Origin: Phoronis australis
Lineage: Eukaryota; Animalia; Phoronida
Direction: 5' to 3'
Assembly (NCBI GenBank): GCA_002633005.1
Contig: NMRA01000108.1
Span: 823,855-887,854 of the forward strand
Length of the DNA: 64,000 bases
This document shows, piece after piece, positions 50,406-63,730 of the stretch (position 1 is the stretch's first letter; each line of letters begins with the position of its first letter). A program made the translations under genes and the position numbers. The notes beneath the pieces were generated by a model. That model was not told where the DNA came from. It saw nothing but the letters and a program-made list of their open reading frames with translations, and ran no database searches.

Positions 50406-53400
50406 CACTGAATATTCAAAACGTCCAAAGCATTCAAACTAATAACCCGTCATTTGTGACGAGCTGACATCCATCAAAATGTCATTCTTCCACAAGCGTA
50501 GTGACTGCTACAGCGTAAATATATAATCCAAGTAATGATTCCAGAAGAATTCAACTTTGGAAAGTCTTGTTGTGGTCACTCATCATCAGTATTATCATCA
50601 CAAATGCAAAACACAATTATCCCACATGGTGGAGGTTCTGCTTATCTCGCAACAATGTCTCGTATCAAAATGGAGGCGGAAATGCTCAGGATAAACCTAC
50701 GTTTACCTCGTGCCTGCTGCTGTGGAGGAGATAAACGAGAACACTGGAGAATCAGTGAATGAAAACAAAACAGAGATTTAATCACACAATGAAAATCAAA
50801 ACTTAAAGACCATCTGCTAATGACAAATTGGTGTTTGCCGCCATTTACACACTGCAAGCAGGAAACACAGATGGTAAATTCCAGGTGACATTTCGGAAGT
50901 CATGTTTTCTCTCTTGTTTCCTGTCGATGATATAACAGAGCTGTAAATTTGAGGACCACTTTAGCATGGGCACAGTATCCTGAAACATGACAACATCCTT
51001 GTACAAGTGCCAACTGCCTTACATGAGCTGAAATAACCAGTGTATGTCACACACAATCCAATGTCTCTGTAATTCTTGGATCACAAAGTAAGTCTAGAAT
51101 GAAAACAATCCTGAAATCAATAACTTCCTCTTTGTAATTTTGTGTGACACATCCTTGTTAATTCAACGCCTCGCCACGCATGGTAGGCACCACCATCTGT
51201 TCCAATTCCTAACCTTTCCTGGTTCAACATTTACTACAAATGGAACCTTCTTACACTGTAAAACTTTACCCTCTATACTGTCAAAGAAGTCAACCAGAGA
51301 TCTGACCAGCAAAAACATATCACAAATCGATTTACCAAATGAAACAACAGCCAGATAAGTAATCAAGACGAGTCCTTCCCGTGGGATTACATAATTCCAT
51401 CTTCCCACTGGTGCCAACTGCCAATAACTTGTAGACAGAAATAGCAGGATCTAGACTGAAAAACTCACAAAAAGCACAATTCTCCAGTGTCTCAAAGCCC
51501 TCAGCTTGTCACCATGCCGTCCAAATGTTAAGCAATAAAAGTCACAAGAATGAACGCTAATCTGTCAAGTAGATCATCCAACAGCACCAACGCAGCGTTA
51601 ATTAAAACTCAAACACAGGTAGCAAACGAGTTGTGAGGGACCTGGTAACAACCCATGGCTGTATACCTCGAAAGGCAAACAGTTTATAGAACCGTTTCAA
51701 AAACTTTAACAGAACATTGCCAGGGATACACAGCTTCTGTAACTCTTAATTGAAATTTGATTACGCCCTGCACTGCTGAAGTCTTGCCCCACAGTGACGA
51801 CAATTTGTCTCCAGTCAATAATACCTTCAGTCGATCTGTAAACAAGCTATTGGATTTCTGAACGGGAGATTTCGAGAGCAACCCAATTTCTGCACTCGCA
51901 GAAACAGAATTTCAAGAAACAGGTAGTACAGCTGAAGGAACAGGGTCAGCCCAGCAATTCAGCAGCAGTAGCAGCTATCAACCGATAACCCTGTGACCTT
52001 ATCTAATATTATGCATTCTATAATTATATATGTACAGACTGTTTGCTTCACACCCTGTTAAACCAAGCAGTTTGCATAGCAGGCACACAAGACTATCTTT
52101 ACAATATCACGGTTGTGCACATTCGGACTGGCTCGCACAGATAACGGCAAAAATGCCAAAAATTGTTGCCACTGAGAAAATGCGTTCAGTGGGCGAACCA
52201 AGATAGACATCAAATTCAGACAGTCCAACATAAGAGATTTTTTATCTTATGGAGACTTATGGTCAAATGACATTAAACTGGAAGTTAATAAGAGTCAGGA
52301 ATTTACAGGCCACCCAGTTGATGATCTTTAGCAGACCTAACAACGCCTTAAAAATCAATTGCTGATAATGTCCATATGTCATGCACTCCCACTTCTTCCT
52401 CAAATAATGAACCAATCCTACAAGAAGTTAGTATGTGCATTCAATGTCATCACCTGCCAGCCACGCCATCAATGACAATAATTTGTCGACATCCACAAAA
52501 TGTATTATATACTCTATTTGTATTTTCCATAACCAAATGACCTGCAATCCCCAAGAAACCATCAGGAGACAGTTATCAATTGGTTTCCTAAAACTAATTA
52601 CATTTGGAAGTGCAAGTCATAACACAATACCCAACGGAGAAAAATGGCACTGAATCAACCACCCAGAACGATATGAAGTACACACAAAACCAGATCCTTC
52701 AAAGTAAGTAAAACGAACCCTAGGTCACATCTAAAGATTTTCAATGAATTTTCTGGTACAGGAGCACCTAACAGAATAATAACATGTTTAAGTTGGAAGA
52801 CAATCCCCGGATGGCAGAGGAGTAGGTTGAATAGTTCCAACAAAAACTACCATTGTTCAGCACAGCCATGTGTATATAGCTTGGGGACTGAAATTTGACA
52901 TGGCCAGCATCAACTTGCTGGGGACAGCTAACCAACAGGGGACAGGGCAGTTTGCCAACTTGTTTTGATGCTATCCAAATATTCAACTGTGGTCAAATTA
53001 ACATCGAAACAGAACACCAAACTGGAAAGACTGGCACTGAACAAAGATGACATGTGATTACAAATTCAGCAGTCATTGAGTGAGTAAATTGATGTGGGTC
53101 ATACCTGCATCTGCTGAAAGTTATAATTTCTGATAAATTTTCAAAAACTAATATCAGCAAATCGAGCAATTGACTTTTTCCACACAAATTCCTTCAGGAG
53201 TATCAAAGTGGTGACTTTCGAAAAGCACATTTCATTTTCACGTGAAATTTAAAGTTGCTTAACTGAAGCAGGCAGGCAACTCGGCATTCAGCGGTGAGGG
53301 GAACTGTCGTAAACTTTAATCAAACCGGAGACATGCTTGAAACTGAGCTTGCCACTACAGTTTTCACAATAGGCAGGTATACATTTACTGTGGCTAACCA

Positions 53401-54893
53401 TAAACCGCAGATCACTAGAGGGGGTGGAGCGTGGTGTGATAAAACCTGAATGTAAATATCACCTGAGGGCTTAAATTAGTTACAATATCCAACTGATCAC
53501 CATGGCACTGTTCACCCACCCACTCCAGGATTAGTGCGGATTTCTGCAAGTGATATGTGTGGTGAAATCAATGTCAGACACGAAATGGCAGACAAGCGAC
53601 ATTTTTTACTTTCTCATTCTCCGTAAAAGATGTGTAGCACCAACTTAAAGCTTTTCCATGTTCAATTTCTATTACCATGGCTACTAATAAACAATATTTT
53701 GATAAACAGCGGCCATTCTCAACAATGCCCTCATAAAGAGAAACAGGGCAATTTTGCCAACTACATTCTCCATAATTGGTGAGATTTTACTAGAGTGTCT
53801 TATCAGGCCAACTGCTTACAACCAGACACCATCAGTAACGCAACTATGTGTACTTTGGAAAGAGTAGAAAAGTCTCTTGCTGCCTACCGCAAAACGGTTA
53901 AAATCTCATCAATTTTAGCCACAAATAATAGACAAAATTGGTCTTTTTTATTTTTTCAACTACTTCCAACAGTGCTGTGAATGCTTACATTTTTCAGAAC
54001 ATTGTCTGATGGTGTGTTGTTGTAGAACTTAAAAACGATACAGCATGACACTTATCCTTAAAGAAATGAAAACAACTAACACATTTGGAACCTAAATTGG
54101 CAACATATTATCATGATCTAAATCTAACATTTATTCCTTATAAAGCGAAAGCAACCGTGAATACCGGTAAGCAATGCAACAATCCATAGTGCCGATAGGG
54201 GGCAGCACGTGCATAGATCACACTCACTTTCCCTGCTTGAAATGTGAATTGTTTTTCCCCTGCACGCAGACATTCAATGATTACCATCGTGCATACCACA
54301 GATAAAGCACATCGTCACTTGTACAACCCTAGCTTGCATAAGAAAAGTTATAATACAGATAAATCATGGATGATAACGTTTATTGCTAATAATTTATAGA
54401 CAAGGATTAGCACGTATCGTGTTACGGACGTTTTGGAACAACGTACGCAGCGGCTCGAGAGAATGGTCAACAGCATAAAGGTTGAGCTGGGGTCACAGAG
54501 GTGTTAAGATAACATTATTGGTTTTGTTACACCAAATGGAGACTTGGTGACGCTGGACATTCCGATAAGGACCTGCTAAGAGAATGAGTGAATTACACAA
54601 CGGCTCAACTGGATAGAACCTGAACGGAAGCACAAGTCTAAGTCCATGTTTTTTTCTCGTAAACATTTCAGGACTCGTTCTTATCCTTGCAGACGCTGGA
54701 TTTTGATGAACCACCGATGCCACAACATATAAGTTCAATAAAATAAACATTTCTTACATTTTTACATTTGATTATTATAGGTTGCATATTCTCATTCAAC
54801 TGTAGTCTTCAACTTTCAAAGATAATGGAAAACAAGATGGAATTCATGGAATCAAATTTCTATCGTGATAGTAGTCACTTACAGGGATCCAGC

Positions 54894-54950
54894 ATTTTGA
54901 GAACCAGTTTCATCCACTAAATAACAAAACAACAAACTGGTTCTCAAAAT
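54894..54950. repeat. Palindromic dispersed repeat (copies at 37282-37340 and, inverted, 46727-46778)
   Basis: Perfect 17-bp stem ATTTTGAGAACCAGTTT / AAACTGGTTCTCAAAAT with a 23-nt loop; loop similar among copies. Confidence 0.8.
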
Positions 54951-56568
54951 CTGAGACCGGTGTGACTTATGTCCCCAATTCAATTGTTGACACAAGAATT
55001 TCAATATATTTGGTTTCAAAATACAATCTATCAAATTTATCACCCAAGTTCAATTCTGGCCATAACTCAATCAATGATTACTTTGCAATGGAGGACACGT
55101 TCAAGTATAGTTGAAAATTCCATCTGAAGGTGGAGCTGTTCTGGCATACCGCAAGTTATCAGTGGAACAGAGAAATGGAATAAGTGTAATTTCCAGAACA
55201 TTTTTATGCTGACGATGTGGCTTTGCTTTGCAACAATAGTAAAATGTAAATTCATGGTTTCTGTTCAGGAACACACTTATTGTCTATTTGATCCATAATT
55301 TACAAATCCAGAAATCCTACATTTTGTTTCCCTAGTTTAATCATCCAACTTAATGTAGTGTTTTACTTCCCACTAGGCACAAATACCGTTATCAATCAAG
55401 CCTTGTAGGCTATTCCTTCATAACATCACTGCAACGGCACCTATTGTCAGGAAAGTAAACAACACATACTTTGCCAAAAGTGCCTGGATGTCGAAAAACA
55501 AGAAACGTCAATGATTATGTACCTCTGTGATTCATTTTTTAACATACTCTGTTACAGAGACAAAGGGTCAATTCATCATATGGCGCCCTCATGCCTTTAG
55601 CATGAAAACTGAAATGATGCATGACAAATGTATTTATACACAACGTAGCAGGAGCAGCCAATTAATGTGGCATATTCACAAAGAAAAAGACAAATGTTGG
55701 AATACAGGCTGGAAATTGAACCATAAAATGTGCAAAATACAGTTTAGACATTAACACGCCGCAGGCAAAAACTATTTCGAGAAACACCTTGAAAATTTTA
55801 GACTTTAAGGGTCAAAGTGGGCAAGCATCATAGATGGCAGCTTTGACCCAGACCAATTAAACTTTGGCTTCATCAAATTTCTGTTTCATCTCTCAGGCAG
55901 CACTGGCATATTTGGGTTGTAAATTTGACACATGGGAGATAGATTTTCAGCTCAGTGCAATGACTTCATAAAACAGGCTTTTGAAAGGCAATGTCAACAC
56001 AAGGCAAAAAACAAAATGAATACGAATGTCAGAAGGCTTGTCCGGCAGCCATATTAATTTTCTACTTCTACATTTCGAGCTCTGTTCACACCAAAGCGGT
56101 TATAACTTTTAAAACTGATTTATATGTTATAACTGTTTGTCTGAACTCTGAACACTTTAAAACAGGTTTTAAAAGTTATAACTGCAATATGGTTATAATC
56201 CTTTGAGAGGGTGACTTAACAAGAGGTTATAACTTAAAAAATCCAGTGTGATCATGGCAGTTGCAAAAGTTCTAACTGTAGGTGGCGCAGCTGTCAAATC
56301 TCAGTGACTGAAAATAATGGGGCACAGAGGCAAACTAGGATGAACCGAACAGCAATAGCACTGACGACTAAACACTAGAACCACAAACTAGGGTCACAAC
56401 AGTAAACTGTGGGTGAGAACCCTAATGATTTTCGCAAAAGTTAGTTTATTTGAGTTTAGCTTCTGAAAATCATCAGCAGGGACCAATCCCAAAACACCCC
56501 TGAAGTTTGTGACATATCATTTTGGATTTTCACCTCAAAGCAATGGAAAACAACAGAGTTAAATTAAT

Positions 56569-56858
56569 CAGGGCTTGGAACGACCAATGACAAAAAACGC
56601 GGAAACTTTTACGGCCCAAATCATGCGCCAGATGCCCCGGCAATGTTGACAATTTACGTTCCTCCGAAGCATAAAGAGCAACTTCCGCTTTTCGAGGTGA
56701 ACGTCGTCTGCAACGCCGCGGTAAGAAAGGAATTTGCCGCGGAAATTTTATATCAAATCCAATTTTTTTTACACAGAAATATATTAATATTAAAATGCGC
56801 GGACAGAACATTTGAAAAAAGCGGAAATCTGCGTTTCTGCGGAAAATTCCAAGCCCTG
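56569..56858. mobile_element. Intact 290-bp MITE
   Basis: Perfect TIR CAGGGCTTGGAA / TTCCAAGCCCTG, flanked on both sides by ATTAAT; repeated internal GCGGAAA motifs; GC-richer than the flanks. Confidence 0.85.
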
Positions 56859-57656
56859 ATTAATGCATCAATTACAATCTCCTTCAATCCCAGGTTATGA
56901 AGGAAAGACGTCACTTTATGGAAGTGAAACTTGACAAAATTCACAATAGATTGAAGTGGAAAAGTAGAGAGTGATGAGGGTGTTATGCCATGAAGCACAG
57001 GTCAACGACAGAGCAGATGAGACTGGGGTATGCCTTGATGATAGGTTTATGGCATAATTACAAACACAAGTTGAAAACACGCCCAAGCCCTGTGTTTACA
57101 AGTCATGTGTGAAACCTTTACCAGTCACGTGAAACCATGTGAAACCATATGAAACCATTGTAAGTTTGGACTGCTAAAGACAACAGTGATATAGCTGTGT
57201 GTCAAAATGCCCCCCCCCCATTCACTTTAAACAAAATAAAAAGAAAGAATAAATTGCCTCAGCTGGAGTTAACATGAATTTTTTTGTTTTTACCGTACTT
57301 AACTCAAGCAAACCAGCAGAAGTCATAAACAACTGTTTGTCAAAACATTTTGAATTATGAATATTTTAAACCACAATTTGAAACTTTTCAAATTTTGTCC
57401 TCAAGAACAATTTCAAAGAGATGACCCATTTCCTATATTTCTTGCTTGAACCACAAAAGTACAAACAAAAATTTAGATTAACAATTTTGCTCTTGGCATA
57501 AAATGTAACAACAAAAAAGTTTGTGAAGCTCCAGCTAGCTACTAACAGATATTTTTGCATTTGAAAATGCTGCAAATGTAGCTTTATTTTGGATATGTAG
57601 GTGCAAAAACCTAACATGTTATTATACACTTGGCACAGTTTATTCATTCAACTTAC

Positions 57657-57774
57657 GGATCCGAGCATGCCTAAAATCACAGCCAATTCCACAGGTGTGC
57701 ATCAAACAGCGGAAACAATCATCCCGCAGGCTACGCTTTCGTTTTTCACGTGAAATCAACGATTGTCGGTCCAT
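57657..57774 (-). CDS. Candidate alternative first coding exon A (MDRQSLISREKRKRSLRDDCFRCLMHTCGIGCDFRHARI-Q)
   Basis: aagATGg start (an in-frame ATG also at 57825), 39 codons + 1 nt, donor C|gtaagt; phase matches the SAM exon. Confidence 0.55.
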
Positions 57775-59885
57775 CTTAAAATCCACCAAAAAGCATACGC
57801 CGAGTTTCCACCAGACATACAGCATGAGAGCAGATCCCAATCACCACAGTGCACCGAGTGCGACCAGAGATATAGATTCTACTGAGGCATTTGATAAAAC
57901 GGACATGCCACAAAATGTCAGCCACCACAGGCTACACTAAACCTAAACAGCAGGACCATACAATAACAAGTTTAAAGACTTAATGACTGCTAAAGCCTGA
58001 TGTAAAACAACAGGGATCTAAAATTGTTATGCAATCTCCAGGCGAGGTCATTTGGTTTTTCCTGACCAGGAACCAGCTGATTCTGCCTTTACCCATGCGT
58101 GGTCAGAACGGAACAAATCGGAGATAACATGGGGTTTGTTCACCTTCACGGACAGGTGGTAATTTTCATAAGATATGCACTGATGAGCTTTTAATGCTGT
58201 GCATATGCCTGAGTGGACTTTCTGCCGGCATCAATCCCCCCAAACACCAAAAAGCAGTGACGACTGCACAAAACTGCGTCAACTCTCCTTTGCCATAGAT
58301 GTAGGCAAATACGTTATTCATGTTGGATTGACATTACCTTTGATAAGTTCGACACATCTTCAAGTAGGGAAGTTTTTTTGAAAGCAGAGAGGTGTAATGA
58401 AAGCGGAGACGTATTCTGTGCATCTCCGTGGATATCTATCCAGCTCAAATCTCCCAGAGCTAGCATTACATCAAGACAACGTTTGTCATTGGCACATGGA
58501 ATGGTGTAGTAATACATCTGACACAAACCAAAGCAATGATAATACATGGGAAATTAGTGATATGAGCAAAGGACTTATGAAAGTGTCTGGAGGATGCAGC
58601 ATTTAAGTGAAGTGATTATTTCGGTAGGTAGCTATTGCCGGCAAGAAACTAAATCATATCCTACCATCTTGTAACATCGTTACATCAAATGCTCATTTGG
58701 GGGGTAATTAATACATTTTTGAAAACTTGTCTTGTTTATTGGGATAACAGTCATACACATAATTAACCTTTTTATTAGTGGAAACACTGGTAGAGATTGC
58801 ATATTTTGACAAAATGTTAGCAATAATCAGCCTCCTAAGCATATATATAATGCTAAGAATGCAAATGGGGTACTTGTCATGGCAAATTGTGCAGCTGTGG
58901 CAAAACTTGTGGATGTAATGATCCACCCTGTGAACAGCTGGTTGAGACAAGATGCAACTGTTAAGAACAGCAAAACTACATGACAAAACATTTTCATGAC
59001 CTTAACAGGGTCATACAGAACATTTGTAGGAATTAAAGCCATCTAACAATGGCAATTTGTGAGTAGGCTCAGGACTAACAGTCACTTTCAAATCTCGTCA
59101 ATTTAGGACACAATAGGAAATGCTGAAAATTTTTTTTAAGAAATGTACCGTAGCTACCGACATACAATACTTTGAAAAATGCGGCATCCACAACAATGTT
59201 GGAAACCCTTGAATAGTAAAGAACAAAGGTGATTTTGGCAAAGGTGGACTACAGACCATTCAGAAATAATTACCAGCTGTACCGTACTCTTGTTCAGTTA
59301 CACATGGGAGTCTAAATCCTTTTGGGGTATTAACAAATACATGCAAGGGGTAGGTGTGTGGTGTGGATGCTCTGCTGAATGGGGGCATTAGTCATTCTAG
59401 GACAACTTATTCTGGGGGTAATTCAAGCATTCTCCAGGTCCTTAACCAATTTTATAATTAGCAATTACATCCAGTCTGTCATATTTCCAATTGCTTCATA
59501 TGTAACAGTATCTAATTGTCTTCACAAAATCTCCTGAGCGGTGCCAGTCCACTTCTTGGTTCCTGCCATGTCTGTCGTTTCAACGCTAATTCACTTTGTT
59601 TTCTTAAGTACATCTCATAATGTTGTCTATTCTTATTTTGGCTTATTCACTTATTCCTACAGATTTTTCCATTTCCACCTATTTATTTTTGTATAGGGGA
59701 CCTTCTTATTAGCAGTTGAAAACCTTTTGAAGTCTCTCTTAGTGTGGACGTGACTTTACTTACGCTTCTAAACAAACTTTAAAAGCAACAAGCGGTGGCC
59801 ATCAGCTCGATAAGTCATACAGCCAATTGCCTCAGGAAGACATTTCTAGTTTTATGAACATGCGACACATTTATTTAACTCACCT

Positions 59886-60369
59886 CAAATGAAAAACCTA
59901 TTTCTTCATCCACCTATAATTTCTTGGAGAAAATGTAAAAATCTAAAAAATTATTTAGTTAAAGCTAATATCGACAATATACACCAAACTGACAAACCTA
60001 TTGGCAACACACAATGTAACAAAACTAGGTATAAAATGTGTAACGATAGCACAATGAAAACTTTGAAATAAAACTTTATTCTGATTGCACCAGCAACAAT
60101 AACTTGTAAAAAATGTTCTATCCATTACGTAGGACAAACTCAACATAATCTACAAACTCGGCTTCATAATCACAGATTTAACATAATACATTTCTGATAC
60201 TATAGGTAATCATTTCAATTCCAAAAACCATAATATTCAAGATCTTTCTGTACAAATAATAGAAAAACTCCAACACCCCAGTACACCTCACAGACTCAAA
60301 AGAGAACAATATTGGATAGACAAACTTAATACAATAGAACCTCATGGATTGAACATAAAAACTTCTTAA
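59886..60369 (+). mobile_element. 5'-truncated, frameshifted Penelope-like retroelement (GIY-YIG endonuclease remnant)
   Basis: Fragments PPIISWRKCKNLKNYLVKA; DCTSNN; ITCKKCSIHYVGQTQHNLQTRLHNHR; IGNHFNSKNHNIQDLSVQIIE...RLKREQYWIDKLNTIEPHGLN*. Confidence 0.88.
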
Positions 60370-63300
60370 AATATATCATTGAATTTTTTACGCAAAAATG
60401 TATCATATTCATTACACCATATCTTAAATGTCAATTGTCATAAAGTGTTTGATTTTACTTTATTTCTGCTTCTGTTGACAAAGGACCTTATTACATCTGA
60501 AAATTTCAGTTGATCCATTCTTGTTGTTTTATTTACCTATTTATATTCTACATTTCGTGAAACAATAGTATCCTTGGGAGGATCTGGATCGCCTTATTTA
60601 GTTTCAGATTTATTTTCTACGTTATTTAGCTCACTAAAATGCGAGGAAATGAGAAACGAACGTCACACAACTAATTTATGCATAAGTATTGTGCGTGTAA
60701 AGATAGAACACCGGTGTGGAATGTTTTTTGATGTGCCGTTTTTGCTCTCCTATTTGGTAACAAAAACGTAATTAACTACACTAATTTCCTGTTTTAAAAA
60801 CCTTCAATGCCCACATTTCTGCATGCCTCGTTGTCATGAATTAGAGGTAATGAGTAATCAATAAGCTTCGTGAATGTTTGACCGTTGCATGACGCAATGA
60901 ACTGACCATAAAAGCTATGAAGTCTCCAGAGACATAGCTGTCCATAAATTTACCTGCTGAAGCATGTTGCTTCAAAACGAGAAAGGATACAGTGAATCCA
61001 AATTAATTGAGTACTATGAGCTGTCTGAAAACAGGAATTGAATTGGGTCTTTAGCCCTTACAAAATTGGTCATACGTTTCCATTTCCCTTACCAACAAAA
61101 ATATCAAACCTAACAGTGACTCAAGAAATCACATCTAGTTTAGTGGGCTAATTTGATCTTTGCTTTGCTAAAGAGGGAAGATTGCGGCTTTAATTGGTCT
61201 TTTCTCAGACTTAATTCTCACAATAACAGAAGTGTGCTTTGATTGTGTAACCTTACATAAGAGGACATGGTGTAATGTGTAAACAGTGTAGTACCATAGA
61301 CAAACACAGGAGGCGCCACTGCCTGATTTCAAGAGAGGGTGGCAAATTTCAAAAGGAGAAACCCTATGGGAGATAGAACTTGATCGCAACTATCCCTCCG
61401 CTGTAATCAACATGGTCAGAAGATGGAACAAATTTCATCCAAAACATTAGACAAATTAGTTTGCAGTAAACGAAGCCAGAGATTTCACTGAACGCTCTGA
61501 GCAGACTCCAATGTTCCCGAAAAATGACATGGCGTCCAATATAAACCAATTAATCACAAGATATACATCACAAATCATTTAGGCCAACTTCTTTTCATAG
61601 CTGCGATTGGGATCTTCACTGCACACTGCACCAGATAACCTCAACAAACGGGTCGTGGGCACTTTTTTAAATAGCTTCCATTATTGCCATACATGCCTTG
61701 GCGCTGTTTTTTTACCTCGGTTATCGCAACTGCCTGGATACCACGGTTCAAGTATGAATGGCTCCTTCAGTGAAACTGGGTGGCCCAGTCAGTTCTGACG
61801 TAATTTATGGCAACATGGAGAACAGTCTGCCTACGAAAACTGGCTGAGATGAGATAAGATATGCTCACCAGACATCAATTTTTGCCTAGTTAAACAAAAA
61901 CTTTGCCAAGTGTAGCTCAAAAACTTTTAGCGACAGCCTTCAAGACCACAAGGTATGGTCTGACTTGAAACTCTCACTGAACCATGCCCTCATAAATTTC
62001 ACCAAATGGGCAAATATAAACAGGTGTAGTGGTGAGGCACATTAACTGACTAGGCACGGAAAATCAAAAAAGAGACATCACACTGTTCATTACATGCAAT
62101 CTTGTTCAGACACTTCAAAACTTCAGTCACTTGAAGATCACAACTAAATTTCCTGTGATCTATTCATGAAATTACGCACATCCCTAAGTTTTCTTCTAAA
62201 AGTGCATTTTTTATCACAAAACTACAAACACAAATTAATTTAAACAAGAATTTTCAAAGAAGATGTTATCTCAGGGACTAGTTGAAAAACTGCATGTTTA
62301 TCCGATGGTGTATTTTCTTAAGGATAATACCCCTGATGGTCTATAGGCTTATAGATTAGAAGGTTGACCAAGATAATAGATCAAAAGACAGAGAAAGATC
62401 AAAAACATGAACACAGGGAAAACAGGAAAGCGACACTTTTACTTGGAGGGTAATGTTAGCAAATGACATAGCTAGCGAACTCTTGAATGAAAATAGCTTT
62501 GAGTTTGAAAAATACTCTTTAGTGTCTAATATTGCTTTTCCATCAAGCACAACTCCCCTAAAATGGGAGCAGTTAACTCCACTGAGATGAGAGTAATCTC
62601 CAGACTTCATAACATCCAACAAATATATTCAATCAAGAGAGCAAATCAACTATGCCATCTGGTGTTTAATCTCGAGAACTAGCAGCAAATCTGATGTCGT
62701 AACCGAAGAGGACTTTGTGGCAAAGGGAACTGCCTAGGAGTTTTGATAGCAGAAGTTTTATTAATGGGAAAGCGAGATAATTCACAACATATATCAACCA
62801 TTCAGTGAGACTTGAACAGACTTGCACCGCTAGCTGTAGTTTTATTTTAAGGGAAGGTGTGGAAAACGCAGAACCCCAAGTTTAACACTACAGGTGGCAG
62901 CAGATGAGATATCCAACACTTATCATTATGAACAGGATTCCAGAGAACATTTGCTGAGGACCAGACACCCAACAGTCTGCTTAATTATTTCAATTAAGAC
63001 AAGCCCTGACAGGATTATATGCAGTTCCCCAGGGTAATAATGTAAGAGAGATGAGGTTTTAGTAAATATCATTACTGAATGAGAAACACAACCTCAACCT
63101 CACTTTAGTCAACGTAGCAAGAGGTTACTTGAGCATTGTTGGATAGTTTCATATTAATAAAACTGATCTAACATGGCCAAAACAGAATTGATATCAGTCG
63201 CAAATCAATTACAGAAGAAACACTGCCAGCCAAATAGACATCGTCAAATTAGAATACGATAAGAAGTCTAGTTAGGCACAGTGAAACATGAAGTTCTTTG

Positions 63301-63674
63301 CTCAAGATGGGGAGTTGTACCAAATTTTAGAAATTGACAACACTGACTGTACCAAATTTAAGAATTGCAATCAGCACACTACATGGAGCCGTGAAAATAT
63401 TGCGACAGTTACCGTATTCTGCAATTTTATCAACTGTCAAGAAGTCTGTTTAAGATTTTGTTGATACAAAACCCAGTGTTTGATATTTGAGGAATATGAT
63501 GAATGGTCAAAATCCCCCAAGTCCCCAGTTTTCAAAATCAAAAACCAATTTAGCCTTGAATTTCGGCATCCCAAATTGAAAAAAAAAACTTTCACTATAG
63601 ATGGCATTTGTTGTTAACTTTCATGCAAAGGAATAATGGTGATTGGAACATTACGATCTCAAAACTCATTCCTT

Positions 63675-63730
63675 GTTGGTCAATTTTTACTGGTCAGCTG
63701 ACGTTGGTCAATTTTTACTGGTCAGCTGAC
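63675..63730. repeat. Perfect 28-bp tandem duplication
   Basis: gttggtcaatttttactggtcagctgac x2. Confidence 0.9.
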
